Source: Longimicrobiales bacterium (GTDB taxonomy: Bacteria > Gemmatimonadota > Gemmatimonadetes > Longimicrobiales > Gaopeijiaceae). Taken from it: 64,000 nucleotides of DNA. The notes beneath the pieces are model-generated. The model was not told where the DNA came from. It saw only the letters and a list, made by a program, of their open reading frames with translations, and did not search any database. A program made the translations under genes and the position numbers. Position 1 is the first letter of the stretch, and every line of letters begins with the position of its first letter. The stretch lies in NCBI GenBank assembly GCA_965226375.1, contig CBDDCX010000008.1, positions 1,056,001-1,120,000 of the forward strand, given 5' to 3'. This document shows, piece after piece, positions 39,211 through 48,994 of the stretch.

Positions 39211-40406
39211 CCTCGATTCCTTCGGTGGAACCCACGCTCGGTTCCGAGCACATGCTGATCAACATCGGGCCTCAGCACCCCGCCACGCATGGAGTACTTC
39301 GTCTGATTTGTGAGCTCGACGGTGAAACCGTGCTTCGGGTCATGCCCGACATCGGCTATCTGCACACAGCCTTCGAGAAGCTCGGGGAGTACCGGACGTG
39401 GAATCAGATCGTTCCGTTGACGGATCGCATGGACTACCTGGCGCCACTGATGTACAACTGCGTCTACGTGATGGCCGTCGAGAAGCTCATGGGCCTCGAG
39501 GTCACGGAGCGATGCAAGGTCGTTCGCGTCATCTGTATGGAGATGGACCGGATCTTCAGCCACCTGTTGTGGCTCGGGACCACCGCCATCGACGTCGGTG
39601 CGTTCACGCCGTTCCTCTACGCCTTCCAGGAACGAGAGCGCATCTACAAGCTCCACGAGTCGTTTACGGGCGCGCGCATCACCACGTCAGCCACACGGAT
39701 CGGTGGCATGATGGCCGATCTCCCCGACGGTTGGACTGAATCTCTTCAGGAGTTTCTGGCAACGTTTCCGGACACCTTAGATGAGATCGACTCACTGCTG
39801 ACCACGAACGGTATCCATCTCGGACGCACGCTCGATGTGGGGGTCATCTCGGCGGAAGACGCCATCAACCACGGCTTCACCGGCCCGAACTTGCGAGCCT
39901 CGGGCCCTGCCTACGATCTCCGGAAAGACCAGCCGTACTACGACTACGAGACCTATGATTTCGAGGTGCCGGTAGGCGAAAACGGTGACTGTTACGATCG
40001 CTATCTGGTTCGCATGGAAGAGATGCGCCAAAGCATCAAGATTCTCCACCAGGCGCTCGATCGACTGCCCGACGGTCCCATCAACGTGGCGGATCCCCGG
40101 GTTTCGTTGCCCAGCAAGACCGACTGCATGAACGACATGGAGTCGATGATCCACCACTTCAAGCTGATCACCGAAGGCATCGCCGTGCCGGCGGGCGACT
40201 GCTACTTCGCGATAGAGGGCTCCAAGGGTGAGCTGGGAATGTACGTGGTGAGCGACGGTGGAGAGAAGCCGGTGCGGTGGAGAATTCGGCCGCCGTCTTT
40301 CGTGAATCTATCGGTGATCTCCAAGCTGGCCGAAGGCCACTTGGTCTCCGACCTGATCATGATCAACGCCAGCCTGGACATCGTTCTGGGCGAGATCGAC
40401 CGATGA
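39207..40406 (+). CDS. nuoD: NADH-quinone oxidoreductase subunit D
   Basis: NIGPQHPATHGVLR, DRMDY, DIVLGEIDR. Confidence 0.96.
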   Translation: MTSIPSVEPTLGSEHMLINIGPQHPATHGVLRLICELDGETVLRVMPDIGYLHTAFEKLGEYRTWNQIVPLTDRMDYLAPLMYNCVYVMAVEKLMGLEVTERCKVVRVICMEMDRIFSHLLWLGTTAIDVGAFTPFLYAFQERERIYKLHESFTGARITTSATRIGGMMADLPDGWTESLQEFLATFPDTLDEIDSLLTTNGIHLGRTLDVGVISAEDAINHGFTGPNLRASGPAYDLRKDQPYYDYETYDFEVPVGENGDCYDRYLVRMEEMRQSIKILHQALDRLPDGPINVADPRVSLPSKTDCMNDMESMIHHFKLITEGIAVPAGDCYFAIEGSKGELGMYVVSDGGEKPVRWRIRPPSFVNLSVISKLAEGHLVSDLIMINASLDIVLGEIDR

Positions 40407-41092
40407 GCGATATCCCGTTCAAGAACCCCGGGTGGGCAGGCAACACCGGAGAATATAATCTCACCGAAGAGCAGGTCCGTGGACTGGACTTTGTGGGCGT
40501 ACGCCCGCTGGAGGGGGGACACCCGGCCGGCGTAGCGAGCTATCCCTACATGCTGGAGGATAAGGCGCCCGACGCACCTCTCTTCGAGGGTCCGTATCAG
40601 GAGCGCTTCGAAAAGATCCTGACGCGCTATCCGGACCGGCAGGCGGCGCTGCTTCCTGCTCTGAATCTCGCGCAAGAGATACGCGGTCACGTCTCTCCGG
40701 AGACGATGGACAGAGTGGCTGAGCTACTCGGCTTGTCGGCGGCGTTCGTCCGTGGTGTCGCGACGTTCTACACCATGTACAACAAGCGACCCGTGGGCCG
40801 GCATCTCATCCAGGTGTGCACCAACATCAGCTGCAATCTGTGTGGTGGAGAAGATGTGCTGGAGGCGTTCCTCAAGTACACCGATACCGAGCTGGGTGAG
40901 ACCTCTCCGGATGGGGCCTTCACGACCATCGAGGCGGAGTGTCTGGCAGGTTGTGGCTTTCCGACCTGCGTGCAGATCAACTCCAGGTACTTCGAGAATG
41001 TAACGCCCGGCGAGGTACCCAAGATTCTGGAAGTGCTGAAGAGCGAGAACGGTAGCGCGCCGCCCTCCGGGTCCGACGGAGCAGGGGACTAG
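40403..41092 (+). CDS. nuoE: NADH-quinone oxidoreductase subunit E (N-terminally extended)
   Basis: VATFYTMY, CTNISC, ECLAGC. Confidence 0.93.
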   Translation: MSDIPFKNPGWAGNTGEYNLTEEQVRGLDFVGVRPLEGGHPAGVASYPYMLEDKAPDAPLFEGPYQERFEKILTRYPDRQAALLPALNLAQEIRGHVSPETMDRVAELLGLSAAFVRGVATFYTMYNKRPVGRHLIQVCTNISCNLCGGEDVLEAFLKYTDTELGETSPDGAFTTIEAECLAGCGFPTCVQINSRYFENVTPGEVPKILEVLKSENGSAPPSGSDGAGD

Positions 41093-41251
41093 TGTCCCAT
41101 CCCAGAAAGTCGCTGGCATTCGGGTACCGATGCATCCACCCTGGCTGCGTTGCTCCTCCTCGAAATAGCGTTGCTATTCCTCGTCGTCGCGCCTTGCCAG
41201 GACGGCGCCTCGGCACCCTCGGTGCACACCGACTTTCTGGGATGGGACACT
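41089..41251. repeat. Full CTAG hairpin element (MITE-like) between nuoE and nuoF
   Basis: Perfect 22-bp IR AGTGTCCCATCCCAGAAAGTCG at 41091-41112 and 41230-41251. Confidence 0.88.
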
Positions 41252-41252
41252 G

Positions 41253-42545
41253 ATGGGCTATCCATATAGTCACGAGAAGGAAGTCCAAATCCTCTCCAAG
41301 TACTTCGGTGATCCGGAGGCTCGCACCCTGGAGGGATGGAAGGCCAGGGGAGGATACGAGTCCCTGAAGAAGGCCCTGGACATGACTCCCGAAGAGGTCG
41401 TCGAGACCGTGAAGGACTCCGGGCTGCGTGGACGGGGCGGGGCGGGATTTCCGACGGGCCTCAAGTGGAGCTTCATGCCGAGGGACAAGTCCAAGGCCCA
41501 CTACCTGTTGTGCAACGCAGACGAGTCGGAACCCGGCACGTTCAAGGACCGGGAGCTTCTGCGTTGGGTGCCGCACCAGCTCATCGAGGGGTGCGCCATC
41601 GCCGCCTACGCCATGGGCGCCAAACACATCTATATCTATTGCCGGGGCGAGTTCTTCGAGGCCAACCAGGTCCTGGCGCGGGCCGTGGAGGATGCCTACG
41701 AAGCCGGGATCTTGGGCGACGACGCGATGGGCTCGGGTCAGCAGATCGACCTGACCGTGCACGTCGGGGCGGGGGCCTACATCTGCGGTGAAGAAACCGG
41801 TCTCATGAACTCCCTCGAGGGGAGTCGAGGGGAGCCGAGAGTGAAGCCGCCATTCCCGGCAGCGGTCGGCGCTTTCGGCATGCCCACCACCATCAACAAC
41901 GTCGAGACCCTCTGTGCCGTTCCGCCCATCATCGAGCATGGCGGGGAGTGGTACAAGCAGTGGGGCACCGAGCAGAGCCCGGGCACCAAATTGTTCTGCG
42001 TGAGCGGTCACGTGAACCGCCCGGGCAACTACGAGCTTCCCCTCGGCTTTCCATTGAAGGAGCTGATCTACGACGTCTGTGGTGGGATTCCCGAGGGTCG
42101 AGCCCTTAAGGCCGTGATACCCGGCGGAAGTTCGGTTCCGCTCCTCTCGGCCGAAGAGTGTGAGACGTGTGAACTCTCGTATGAGGGTGTGGTCGAAGCG
42201 GGGTCCATGCTGGGCTGCGCTTCGGTCATCGTCATGGACGAGTCGACCGACATCGTACATCAGGTCATGCGGATGGCGGCGTTCTACGCACACGAATCCT
42301 GCGGCCAGTGTACGCCCTGCCGAGAGGGGACGACGTGGGTCACCAAGATCCTCCGCCGCATCGAAGACGGGCGCGGTACCGAGGAAGACCTCGACACCCT
42401 GATCGAGCTCACCGACCAGATGACCGGAACCACGATCTGTGTGCTCTCGGATTCTGTGGCGGCGCCAGTGCAATCTTCCATCGCGAAGTTCAAGGACGAG
42501 TACCTCGCGCTGATCCGCCGCGGTGAGCGAGTGGGGGTCGCGTAG
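41253..42545 (+). CDS. nuoF: NADH-quinone oxidoreductase subunit F
   Basis: GRGGAGFPTG, NADESEPGTFKDR, GAYICGEET, ESCGQCTPCREG. Confidence 0.97.
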   Translation: MGYPYSHEKEVQILSKYFGDPEARTLEGWKARGGYESLKKALDMTPEEVVETVKDSGLRGRGGAGFPTGLKWSFMPRDKSKAHYLLCNADESEPGTFKDRELLRWVPHQLIEGCAIAAYAMGAKHIYIYCRGEFFEANQVLARAVEDAYEAGILGDDAMGSGQQIDLTVHVGAGAYICGEETGLMNSLEGSRGEPRVKPPFPAAVGAFGMPTTINNVETLCAVPPIIEHGGEWYKQWGTEQSPGTKLFCVSGHVNRPGNYELPLGFPLKELIYDVCGGIPEGRALKAVIPGGSSVPLLSAEECETCELSYEGVVEAGSMLGCASVIVMDESTDIVHQVMRMAAFYAHESCGQCTPCREGTTWVTKILRRIEDGRGTEEDLDTLIELTDQMTGTTICVLSDSVAAPVQSSIAKFKDEYLALIRRGERVGVA

Positions 42546-42548
42546 CGC

Positions 42549-44159
42549 ATGGTCGAAAACGGAAAGAATATCGAGACCGTCACGCTGACGATCGACGGGC
42601 AGGAAGTGATTGTTCCCAAGGGGACCACGATCCTGCAGGCCGCTCAGGGGATGGGCACCGACGTCCCACACTATTGTTACCATCCCGGACTCTCTGCTCC
42701 GGCCATGTGCCGCCTCTGCCTGGTCGAGGTGGAAGGCGCTCCCAAGCTGCTGCCCTCCTGTACCACGCAGGTCGCAGCGGATCAGATCGTCCACACCGAC
42801 AGCGAGCAGGCGCACCGGATGAGGACGGGCGTGCTCGAGTTCTATCTCGTGAACCACCCGCTCGACTGTCCGATCTGTGACCAGTCCGGCGAGTGCGACC
42901 TTCAGGACTACGTATTCGAAGAGGGCAGGGAGCACGGGCGGGCCCGCGAGCCCAAACGCGTGTTCGGCCGCGACGACTTTGGGGGTGACATCCTCTTCTA
43001 CGGCGACCGCTGTGTCATGTGCACGCGCTGTGTTCGCTTCATGAATGAGGTCGAGAAGAACCCACTCCTGTCGGTGGTCGAGCGGGGCAGTCGCTCCGTC
43101 ATCGATACCTTTTTCGAGACCGGTCTCGAAGAGGCGGATTGGGCGGGCAATGTGGTGGACATCTGTCCTGTGGGAGCTCTCGTCTCCAAGGACTTCTTAC
43201 ACAAGGCCCGCGCCTGGGACCTGGAGCACACACCTTCGGTCTGTCCCAACTGCAGCCAGGGGTGCAACATCGACCTCCACACCCGTGACAACCTGGTGCA
43301 TCGGATCAAGCCGAGGCACAACCCTGGTGTGAACGGTCACTGGATCTGTGACTACGGCCGCGGCCGCTACGAGTGGCTGAATCGCAGCGATCGGCTCGAG
43401 GCTCCGGTAGTGCGAAGCGCGGGACAGGGCACGGCCATGGGCTGGAAGCAGGCCCTGGCTGCCCTCGCGGAGCATCTCGAAGGTGCGAACGGAGATGTGA
43501 AGGCGGTCGTGTCGCCGTTCTGGTCCAATGAGGATCTGGGCGCCGTGGCAAGCCTGGTGGATGCGTTGGGGGGTGGAGACGTGGTCTACCGGTCACCCAG
43601 AGCAGCAGCAGAAATGAAGCTCGCCGGTTACGAAGGACTCGCACGCCGCCGGGACCTCGCTCCCAACGTGCGGGGGGCTGAACTCCTCGGGTTCGAACGC
43701 GTCGGGGACGACACCGGGCAAGGCGGCCTCGACCCGATCGCGGGACACGATGGAATCATCCTGGTGCTGGGAGACGCTCTCACGGATGTACCCGAAGGGT
43801 TCGGCGCCGAAGCGAAGACGGTCGTCTACATGGGAGCCTATACGTCGGGGCCGCTGGCCTCCGCGGAGTTCGCTCTGCCGACCACCACGTTCGCAGAGCA
43901 AGAGGGCACTTTTACCAATCACGACGGCCGGGTGCAGCGATTCTGGCAGGCGTTGGATGCCCCCGGCGCTGCCAGACCCGCTTGGCTGGTCCTGGGCGCC
44001 TTGATCGCAGCACTCGAGGGCCCCGAGGGTCCGCGTAATGCCGCTCAGGCCTTCCAACTCCTCGGGCAGCGAGTGCCGGCCTATGAAGGCATTACGTACG
44101 AGGACGTGAGCGGTTCGGGGGCTGTCATCAACGATACCGCACACGTGGCGGGAGACTGA
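42549..44159 (+). CDS. nuoG: NADH-quinone oxidoreductase subunit G (short form)
   Basis: CYHPGL, CRLC, HPLDCPICDQSGEC, CVMCTRC, CPNCSQGC. Confidence 0.92.
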   Translation: MVENGKNIETVTLTIDGQEVIVPKGTTILQAAQGMGTDVPHYCYHPGLSAPAMCRLCLVEVEGAPKLLPSCTTQVAADQIVHTDSEQAHRMRTGVLEFYLVNHPLDCPICDQSGECDLQDYVFEEGREHGRAREPKRVFGRDDFGGDILFYGDRCVMCTRCVRFMNEVEKNPLLSVVERGSRSVIDTFFETGLEEADWAGNVVDICPVGALVSKDFLHKARAWDLEHTPSVCPNCSQGCNIDLHTRDNLVHRIKPRHNPGVNGHWICDYGRGRYEWLNRSDRLEAPVVRSAGQGTAMGWKQALAALAEHLEGANGDVKAVVSPFWSNEDLGAVASLVDALGGGDVVYRSPRAAAEMKLAGYEGLARRRDLAPNVRGAELLGFERVGDDTGQGGLDPIAGHDGIILVLGDALTDVPEGFGAEAKTVVYMGAYTSGPLASAEFALPTTTFAEQEGTFTNHDGRVQRFWQALDAPGAARPAWLVLGALIAALEGPEGPRNAAQAFQLLGQRVPAYEGITYEDVSGSGAVINDTAHVAGD

Positions 44160-44161
44160 CG

Positions 44162-45433
44162 TTGGGCGTGCTTCAGCCCATCTCAGGCATGCCACTCATG
44201 GTGTCGACCTCCCTGAAGGTCGCCGCGATGTTCGGGGTGGTGTTGCTGACCGTCGCCTATACCACGCTGGCCGAGCGGCGCGTTTCGGCGTTTATCCAGG
44301 ATCGTCTCGGTCCCAACCGAGTCGGGCCGTTCGGACTTCTTCAGCCCATCGCCGACGGTCTCAAGAATCTGGTCAAGGAAGAGACTCTGCCCGCCACGGC
44401 GTCGAAGTTCTACTTCATGCTGGGGCCGATGATGGCCATGGTCCCGGCGATGGTGACCTTCGCTGTCGTGCCGTTCGCGGCACCGCTGCCCACTCCTTGG
44501 GGAGTCGTGGACATGATCATCGCCGATGTTCCGATCGGCATTCTCTACATTCTCGCGTTGAGCTCCCTGGGGGTGTATGGGATCGTCATCGCGGGTTGGG
44601 CGTCGAATAACAAATACGCGTTCCTCGGGGCGTTACGGGCGTCGGCGCAGATGGTGAGCTACGAGGTGGCGCTGGGGTTGAGCCTCATCGTGGTGCTCAT
44701 GCTCGCGGGCAACGTCACGCTCACGGAGATCCTGTGGAAGCAGCAGCAGTTGGATCTCTGGTACGCCCTGCCCCTGTCCCTCGGCTTCCTCCTATTCGTG
44801 ACCGCTGCTTTCGCGGAGACGAACCGGCTTCCGTTCGACATGCCTGAGGCCGAATCGGAGCTCGTCACCGGGTTCCACACCGAATATTCGGCCATGAAAT
44901 TTTCCATGTTCTTCATTGCCGAGTATTCCCACATGCTCACTGCCTCGGCTTTGATGGCCACCCTCTTCTTCGGCGGATGGGATCTACCGGGGACCTGGGA
45001 CGACGCGTTCTGGTACGGCGGCTCGCTGATCAGTGGGTTCGACGAGGGGGGTCTCCCGATCGCTGCGACACCTGCCGTGTGGAAGACGCTCCTCACCTTC
45101 GCGTCTTTCGCGACCAAGACGGCCTTCTTCCTTCTGCTCTTCATCTGGGTCCGGTGGACTCTGCCGCGTTTCCGTTACGACCAGGTGATGCAGCTCGGCT
45201 GGAAGGTCCTTCTGCCCACGGCCCTTGCCTACGTGATGGTCATAGCCGCCACCATGCTGACCCTCGACCAGGTGGGGGTGGCCTACGGGTTCACCTACGG
45301 TCTGGCGTTGACCGCCGTGAGTACCGTGTGCACGGTGGCCTTCGTGTTCCACCTGGACCGGGGGCGGATCATCCAGGGTGCCGCGGCACGTAAGGTGGCC
45401 GTCCCGGTGACATCTTCGGTGGCAGGAGACTAG
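44162..45433 (+). CDS. nuoH: NADH-quinone oxidoreductase subunit H
   Basis: QDRLGPNRVG, AETNRLPFDMPEAESEL, PRFRYDQ. Confidence 0.96.
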   Translation: MGVLQPISGMPLMVSTSLKVAAMFGVVLLTVAYTTLAERRVSAFIQDRLGPNRVGPFGLLQPIADGLKNLVKEETLPATASKFYFMLGPMMAMVPAMVTFAVVPFAAPLPTPWGVVDMIIADVPIGILYILALSSLGVYGIVIAGWASNNKYAFLGALRASAQMVSYEVALGLSLIVVLMLAGNVTLTEILWKQQQLDLWYALPLSLGFLLFVTAAFAETNRLPFDMPEAESELVTGFHTEYSAMKFSMFFIAEYSHMLTASALMATLFFGGWDLPGTWDDAFWYGGSLISGFDEGGLPIAATPAVWKTLLTFASFATKTAFFLLLFIWVRWTLPRFRYDQVMQLGWKVLLPTALAYVMVIAATMLTLDQVGVAYGFTYGLALTAVSTVCTVAFVFHLDRGRIIQGAAARKVAVPVTSSVAGD

Positions 45434-45478
45434 AATGTACCGTAAGCCATACCGCGTAACCGTTGGCAGGGAAACGAC

Positions 45479-45979
45479 ATGGCTGTAACTGTCAAGGTCC
45501 TCCGTAGACCGGATCCGGAAAGCACGTCGTATCTGAGGGCTGCCCTGAAGGGCATGTCTTTGACGCTTCGGCACATGGTCAGTCCGGATAAGGTGACGCA
45601 ACAGTATCCCGAAGAGCAGACCGAATTGAGTCCCCGATGGAGGGGTACGCACCGCATGGAGGTCCATGCCGACGGGCGGCCCAAATGCGTGGCTTGTGGC
45701 CTCTGTCCCACGGTCTGTCCCGCGAACTGCATCCGCCTCGTAGGCGGAGAAGACGACCAGGGCAACCGATATCCCATCGTCTTCGAGATCGACGAGTTTC
45801 GCTGCATTTTCTGTGGGATGTGCCAGGAGGTTTGCCCGGTAGAGGCCATCCATGTCGGTCGGGACTTCGAGAACGCCGAGTACACGCGTGATCGCTTCGT
45901 CTACGACCTCGATCGCCTCATGGAGGTGGACCATCCGGTCACCCTGCTGTGGGATCCCGAGGATCCGAAAGGTGAGTGA
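45479..45979 (+). CDS. nuoI: NADH-quinone oxidoreductase subunit I
   Basis: Two CxxCxxCxxxCP motifs. Confidence 0.96.
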   Translation: MAVTVKVLRRPDPESTSYLRAALKGMSLTLRHMVSPDKVTQQYPEEQTELSPRWRGTHRMEVHADGRPKCVACGLCPTVCPANCIRLVGGEDDQGNRYPIVFEIDEFRCIFCGMCQEVCPVEAIHVGRDFENAEYTRDRFVYDLDRLMEVDHPVTLLWDPEDPKGE

Positions 45980-46017
45980 GGGTCCCGTGATTCCCGTGCG
46001 AGGTGGGAACGCCTTAT

Positions 46018-46539
46018 ATGGCTGATCTGCTCTTCTACATCTTCGCTGCGGTCGCCGTGGGTGGCGCTTTTGGCGTCGTCATGGGGCGAAGCCCGATCGC
46101 GAGCCTGCTCTTCATGGTCGCCTGCTTGGCGAGCATCGCTGGCATTTTCGTGCTCCTGGAAGCCCACTTCCTGGCAGCGGTTCAGATCATGGTGTATGCG
46201 GGGGCCATCATGGTCCTCTTCCTGTTCGTGATCATGCTGCTGAACCTGGGGCACGACTATGAACGCGACATCCGGGGCGGCGTCTCAATCATCCTGGGCT
46301 TCGCCCTTGCGGGAGGCCTGGGCGGACTGCTGGCCAGGCAGCTCGGTACAGGTGCTGACGGGTTGCAGAGCAACCTCGGAGCAGGGGACGCCATCGATGC
46401 GGCGCTCCTGGAGCACGGAGCGGTGGGCGCGATCGCCCGGCCGCTCTTCATGGACTACGTGGTTCCCTTCGAGCTCACGGGAATTCTGCTTCTCGTTGCG
46501 ATCGTAGGTGCCATCGTCCTGGCCAAGAAGGCCGTGTGA
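46018..46539 (+). CDS. nuoJ: NADH-quinone oxidoreductase subunit J
   Basis: [27 protein letters not shown]. Confidence 0.95.
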   Translation: MADLLFYIFAAVAVGGAFGVVMGRSPIASLLFMVACLASIAGIFVLLEAHFLAAVQIMVYAGAIMVLFLFVIMLLNLGHDYERDIRGGVSIILGFALAGGLGGLLARQLGTGADGLQSNLGAGDAIDAALLEHGAVGAIARPLFMDYVVPFELTGILLLVAIVGAIVLAKKAV

Positions 46540-46832
46540 TGCTCACCGAGTCCCTGATCCTTTCGGCCTTGATCTTTGTCATCGGGACCCTGGGTGTCAT
46601 CGTGCGTCGCAACGTCATCATCATGTTCCTGTGCATCGAGCTACAGCTCAACGCGGTGAACCTGACCTTCGTGGCCCTGTCCCGCTTCATCGGAATCGAG
46701 GGTCAAGTGTTCGTCTTTTTCGTCATGACGGTGGCGGCGGCCGAGGCGGCCGTGGGGCTGGCCATCATCATCTCGATTTTCCGGCACTATGAAACGGTGA
46801 ACGTGGAAAATTTCAACCTGCTCAAGTGGTAG
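46536..46832 (+). CDS. nuoK: NADH-quinone oxidoreductase subunit K
   Basis: [17 protein letters not shown]. Confidence 0.95.
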   Translation: MMLTESLILSALIFVIGTLGVIVRRNVIIMFLCIELQLNAVNLTFVALSRFIGIEGQVFVFFVMTVAAAEAAVGLAIIISIFRHYETVNVENFNLLKW

Positions 46833-46836
46833 GGCC

Positions 46837-48993
46837 GTGACACATCTCGGACTCTATCTGATCCAGGTGGCGGAGGGCGCGGAAGCCCATGGCGCCTGGG
46901 AGCCTTTCCTGCCCGGGCTCATCATACTGCTGCCCCTGTTGGGCTTCCTGATCAACGGGGCCCTGGCGCTTTCGGCGGCGCGGGTTTCCGCAGACGCCGT
47001 GCGGAGTGGTGGCGAGCACGATTTCTTCGAGCGCGCCCGCCCGAGGACCCATACGTGGCCCACCTGGATCGGCCCCGGGGTGATGGGCCTCGCCTTCCTG
47101 CTCACGCTGATCAACTTCGTGGGCATGGCGGGGGCCGAGGTCCACGAGCCCGTGGTACGCAGCTACTGGACCTGGATGGCCACCGGCAGCTTCCGGGTCG
47201 CCGCCGCCATTCAGCTCGACCAGCTGGCCATGGTGATGATGCTGATCATCACCGGTGTCGGCTTCCTGATCCACGTGTTCAGCGTCGGCTACATGAAGGA
47301 CGACCCGGGCTACCCCCGGTACTTCGCCTACCTCAACCTGTTCGTCTTCTTCATGCTGATCCTGGTCATGGGATCGAGCTATCCGGTCATGTTCGTGGGC
47401 TGGGAGGGTGTCGGCCTCTGTTCGTACCTGCTGATCGGGTACTGGTTCAGCGATGAGGAGAAGGCGTCGGCCGGCAAAAAGGCATTCATCGTCAACCGGA
47501 TCGGTGACCTGGGATTCCTCCTGGCCATCTTCCTGTTGTTCGTCGCTTTCGGGTCCGTAGACTACGTCGACGTGTTCGGTGGAGCAGAAGACATCTTCGA
47601 GTACGGAGGTCCGCTGGTTACCGCTGTGACCCTCTTGTTCCTGGTGGCGGCCACCGGGAAGAGTGCACAGATCCCGCTCTACATATGGCTGCCCGATGCC
47701 ATGGCGGGCCCGACGCCCGTCTCGGCGCTGATCCACGCCGCCACCATGGTCACGGCCGGCGTCTACCTGGTCGCCCGGTCGTCGCTTCTGTTCGCTCTCT
47801 CTCCGTTCAGCAGTGCGGCAGTGGCAGGAATCGGCGTGCTGACCGCGCTCTTCGCAGCGACCATCGCGCTGAAGCAAAACGACATCAAGAAGGTGCTGGC
47901 GTACTCCACCGTATCCCAGCTCGGCTACATGTTCCTGGGGGTCGGTGTCGGGGCCTATACGGCCGGGGTCTTCCACCTCATGACCCACGCGTTCTTCAAG
48001 GCACTCCTCTTCCTGGGTGCCGGTGCAGTCATCCACTCGATGCACCACGCCCTGCATCACACCCACAAGGATTGGGACGCCCAGGACATGCGCAATATGG
48101 GTGGGCTCAGGAAGTACATGCCCATCACCTGGGTCACGATGGGGCTAGCCACGCTTGCGATTGCCGGGATTTGGCCCTTTGCGGGGTTCTTCAGCAAGGA
48201 CGAGATCATCTGGATGACCGGCGCAATGGCCGGGGCAGAGAACGCCCCCTACGCCGGTCTCTACACGGTCTACTGGGTGATGGCATTGGCGGCGGCCATG
48301 CTCACGGCGTTCTACATGACTCGGCTCATGGTCATGACCTTCCATGGGACGAACAGGACGGGCCAGGAAGAGGCCAAGCACCTCCACGAAGCGCCCAGAA
48401 CCATGTGGATTCCGTTGGCCATTCTAGCGGCACTCGCGACGGTGGGCGGTTGGCTCAACGTGACCGAGGACCTTCAGGAGTCCTTCCTGGGTGGCTTCGG
48501 CTTCCTTCCCATGTCCGAATGGCTCCACCACTGGCTCGAGCCCGTGACAGAGGCCGCGCATCAGGTACAGGAGACGCATCTCGGTGAGATCGCCCATTCC
48601 GCGCCATTCGGGGGGGGAGAGGTCGCGTGGGCCCTCATCTCTACGGTGGCGGCCCTGATGGTAGTCGTCGTTACCAGCCGCATGATGTCCTCGAAGGACG
48701 TCGCGGTAGCCACCGAAGATGCCGCGCCGACGGGCTTCGCGGGCCTCCTCTACAACAAGTGGTACGTGGACGAGCTATACGACCGCATTGTGGTCCGCCC
48801 ACTCCGGTCTCTGTCTCGCTTCTCTTGGCGAGTGATCGACGCAGGCATCATCGACGGAGCCGTGAACCTGGTCGGAAACGGGGCCCGGGCCATGGGCTGG
48901 GTTGGAAGCCTTTTCCAGACAGGACAGGTGAACACTTACGCGTTCTTCCTGACCGTCGGGGTGCTCATCATTCTTGGAGTTGTCGCTTTCTAG
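46837..48993 (+). CDS. nuoL: NADH-quinone oxidoreductase subunit L
   Basis: WLPDAMAGPTPVSALIHAATMV, HLMTHAFFKALLF. Confidence 0.96.
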   Translation: MTHLGLYLIQVAEGAEAHGAWEPFLPGLIILLPLLGFLINGALALSAARVSADAVRSGGEHDFFERARPRTHTWPTWIGPGVMGLAFLLTLINFVGMAGAEVHEPVVRSYWTWMATGSFRVAAAIQLDQLAMVMMLIITGVGFLIHVFSVGYMKDDPGYPRYFAYLNLFVFFMLILVMGSSYPVMFVGWEGVGLCSYLLIGYWFSDEEKASAGKKAFIVNRIGDLGFLLAIFLLFVAFGSVDYVDVFGGAEDIFEYGGPLVTAVTLLFLVAATGKSAQIPLYIWLPDAMAGPTPVSALIHAATMVTAGVYLVARSSLLFALSPFSSAAVAGIGVLTALFAATIALKQNDIKKVLAYSTVSQLGYMFLGVGVGAYTAGVFHLMTHAFFKALLFLGAGAVIHSMHHALHHTHKDWDAQDMRNMGGLRKYMPITWVTMGLATLAIAGIWPFAGFFSKDEIIWMTGAMAGAENAPYAGLYTVYWVMALAAAMLTAFYMTRLMVMTFHGTNRTGQEEAKHLHEAPRTMWIPLAILAALATVGGWLNVTEDLQESFLGGFGFLPMSEWLHHWLEPVTEAAHQVQETHLGEIAHSAPFGGGEVAWALISTVAALMVVVVTSRMMSSKDVAVATEDAAPTGFAGLLYNKWYVDELYDRIVVRPLRSLSRFSWRVIDAGIIDGAVNLVGNGARAMGWVGSLFQTGQVNTYAFFLTVGVLIILGVVAF

Positions 48994-48994
48994 C

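Noticed and set aside
40977..42935. 652-aa minus-strand ORF, and similar long antisense ORFs (46822-48066, 53782-55128, 14496-15527)
   Set aside because: Shadows of well-supported genes in GC-rich DNA; no recognisable motifs
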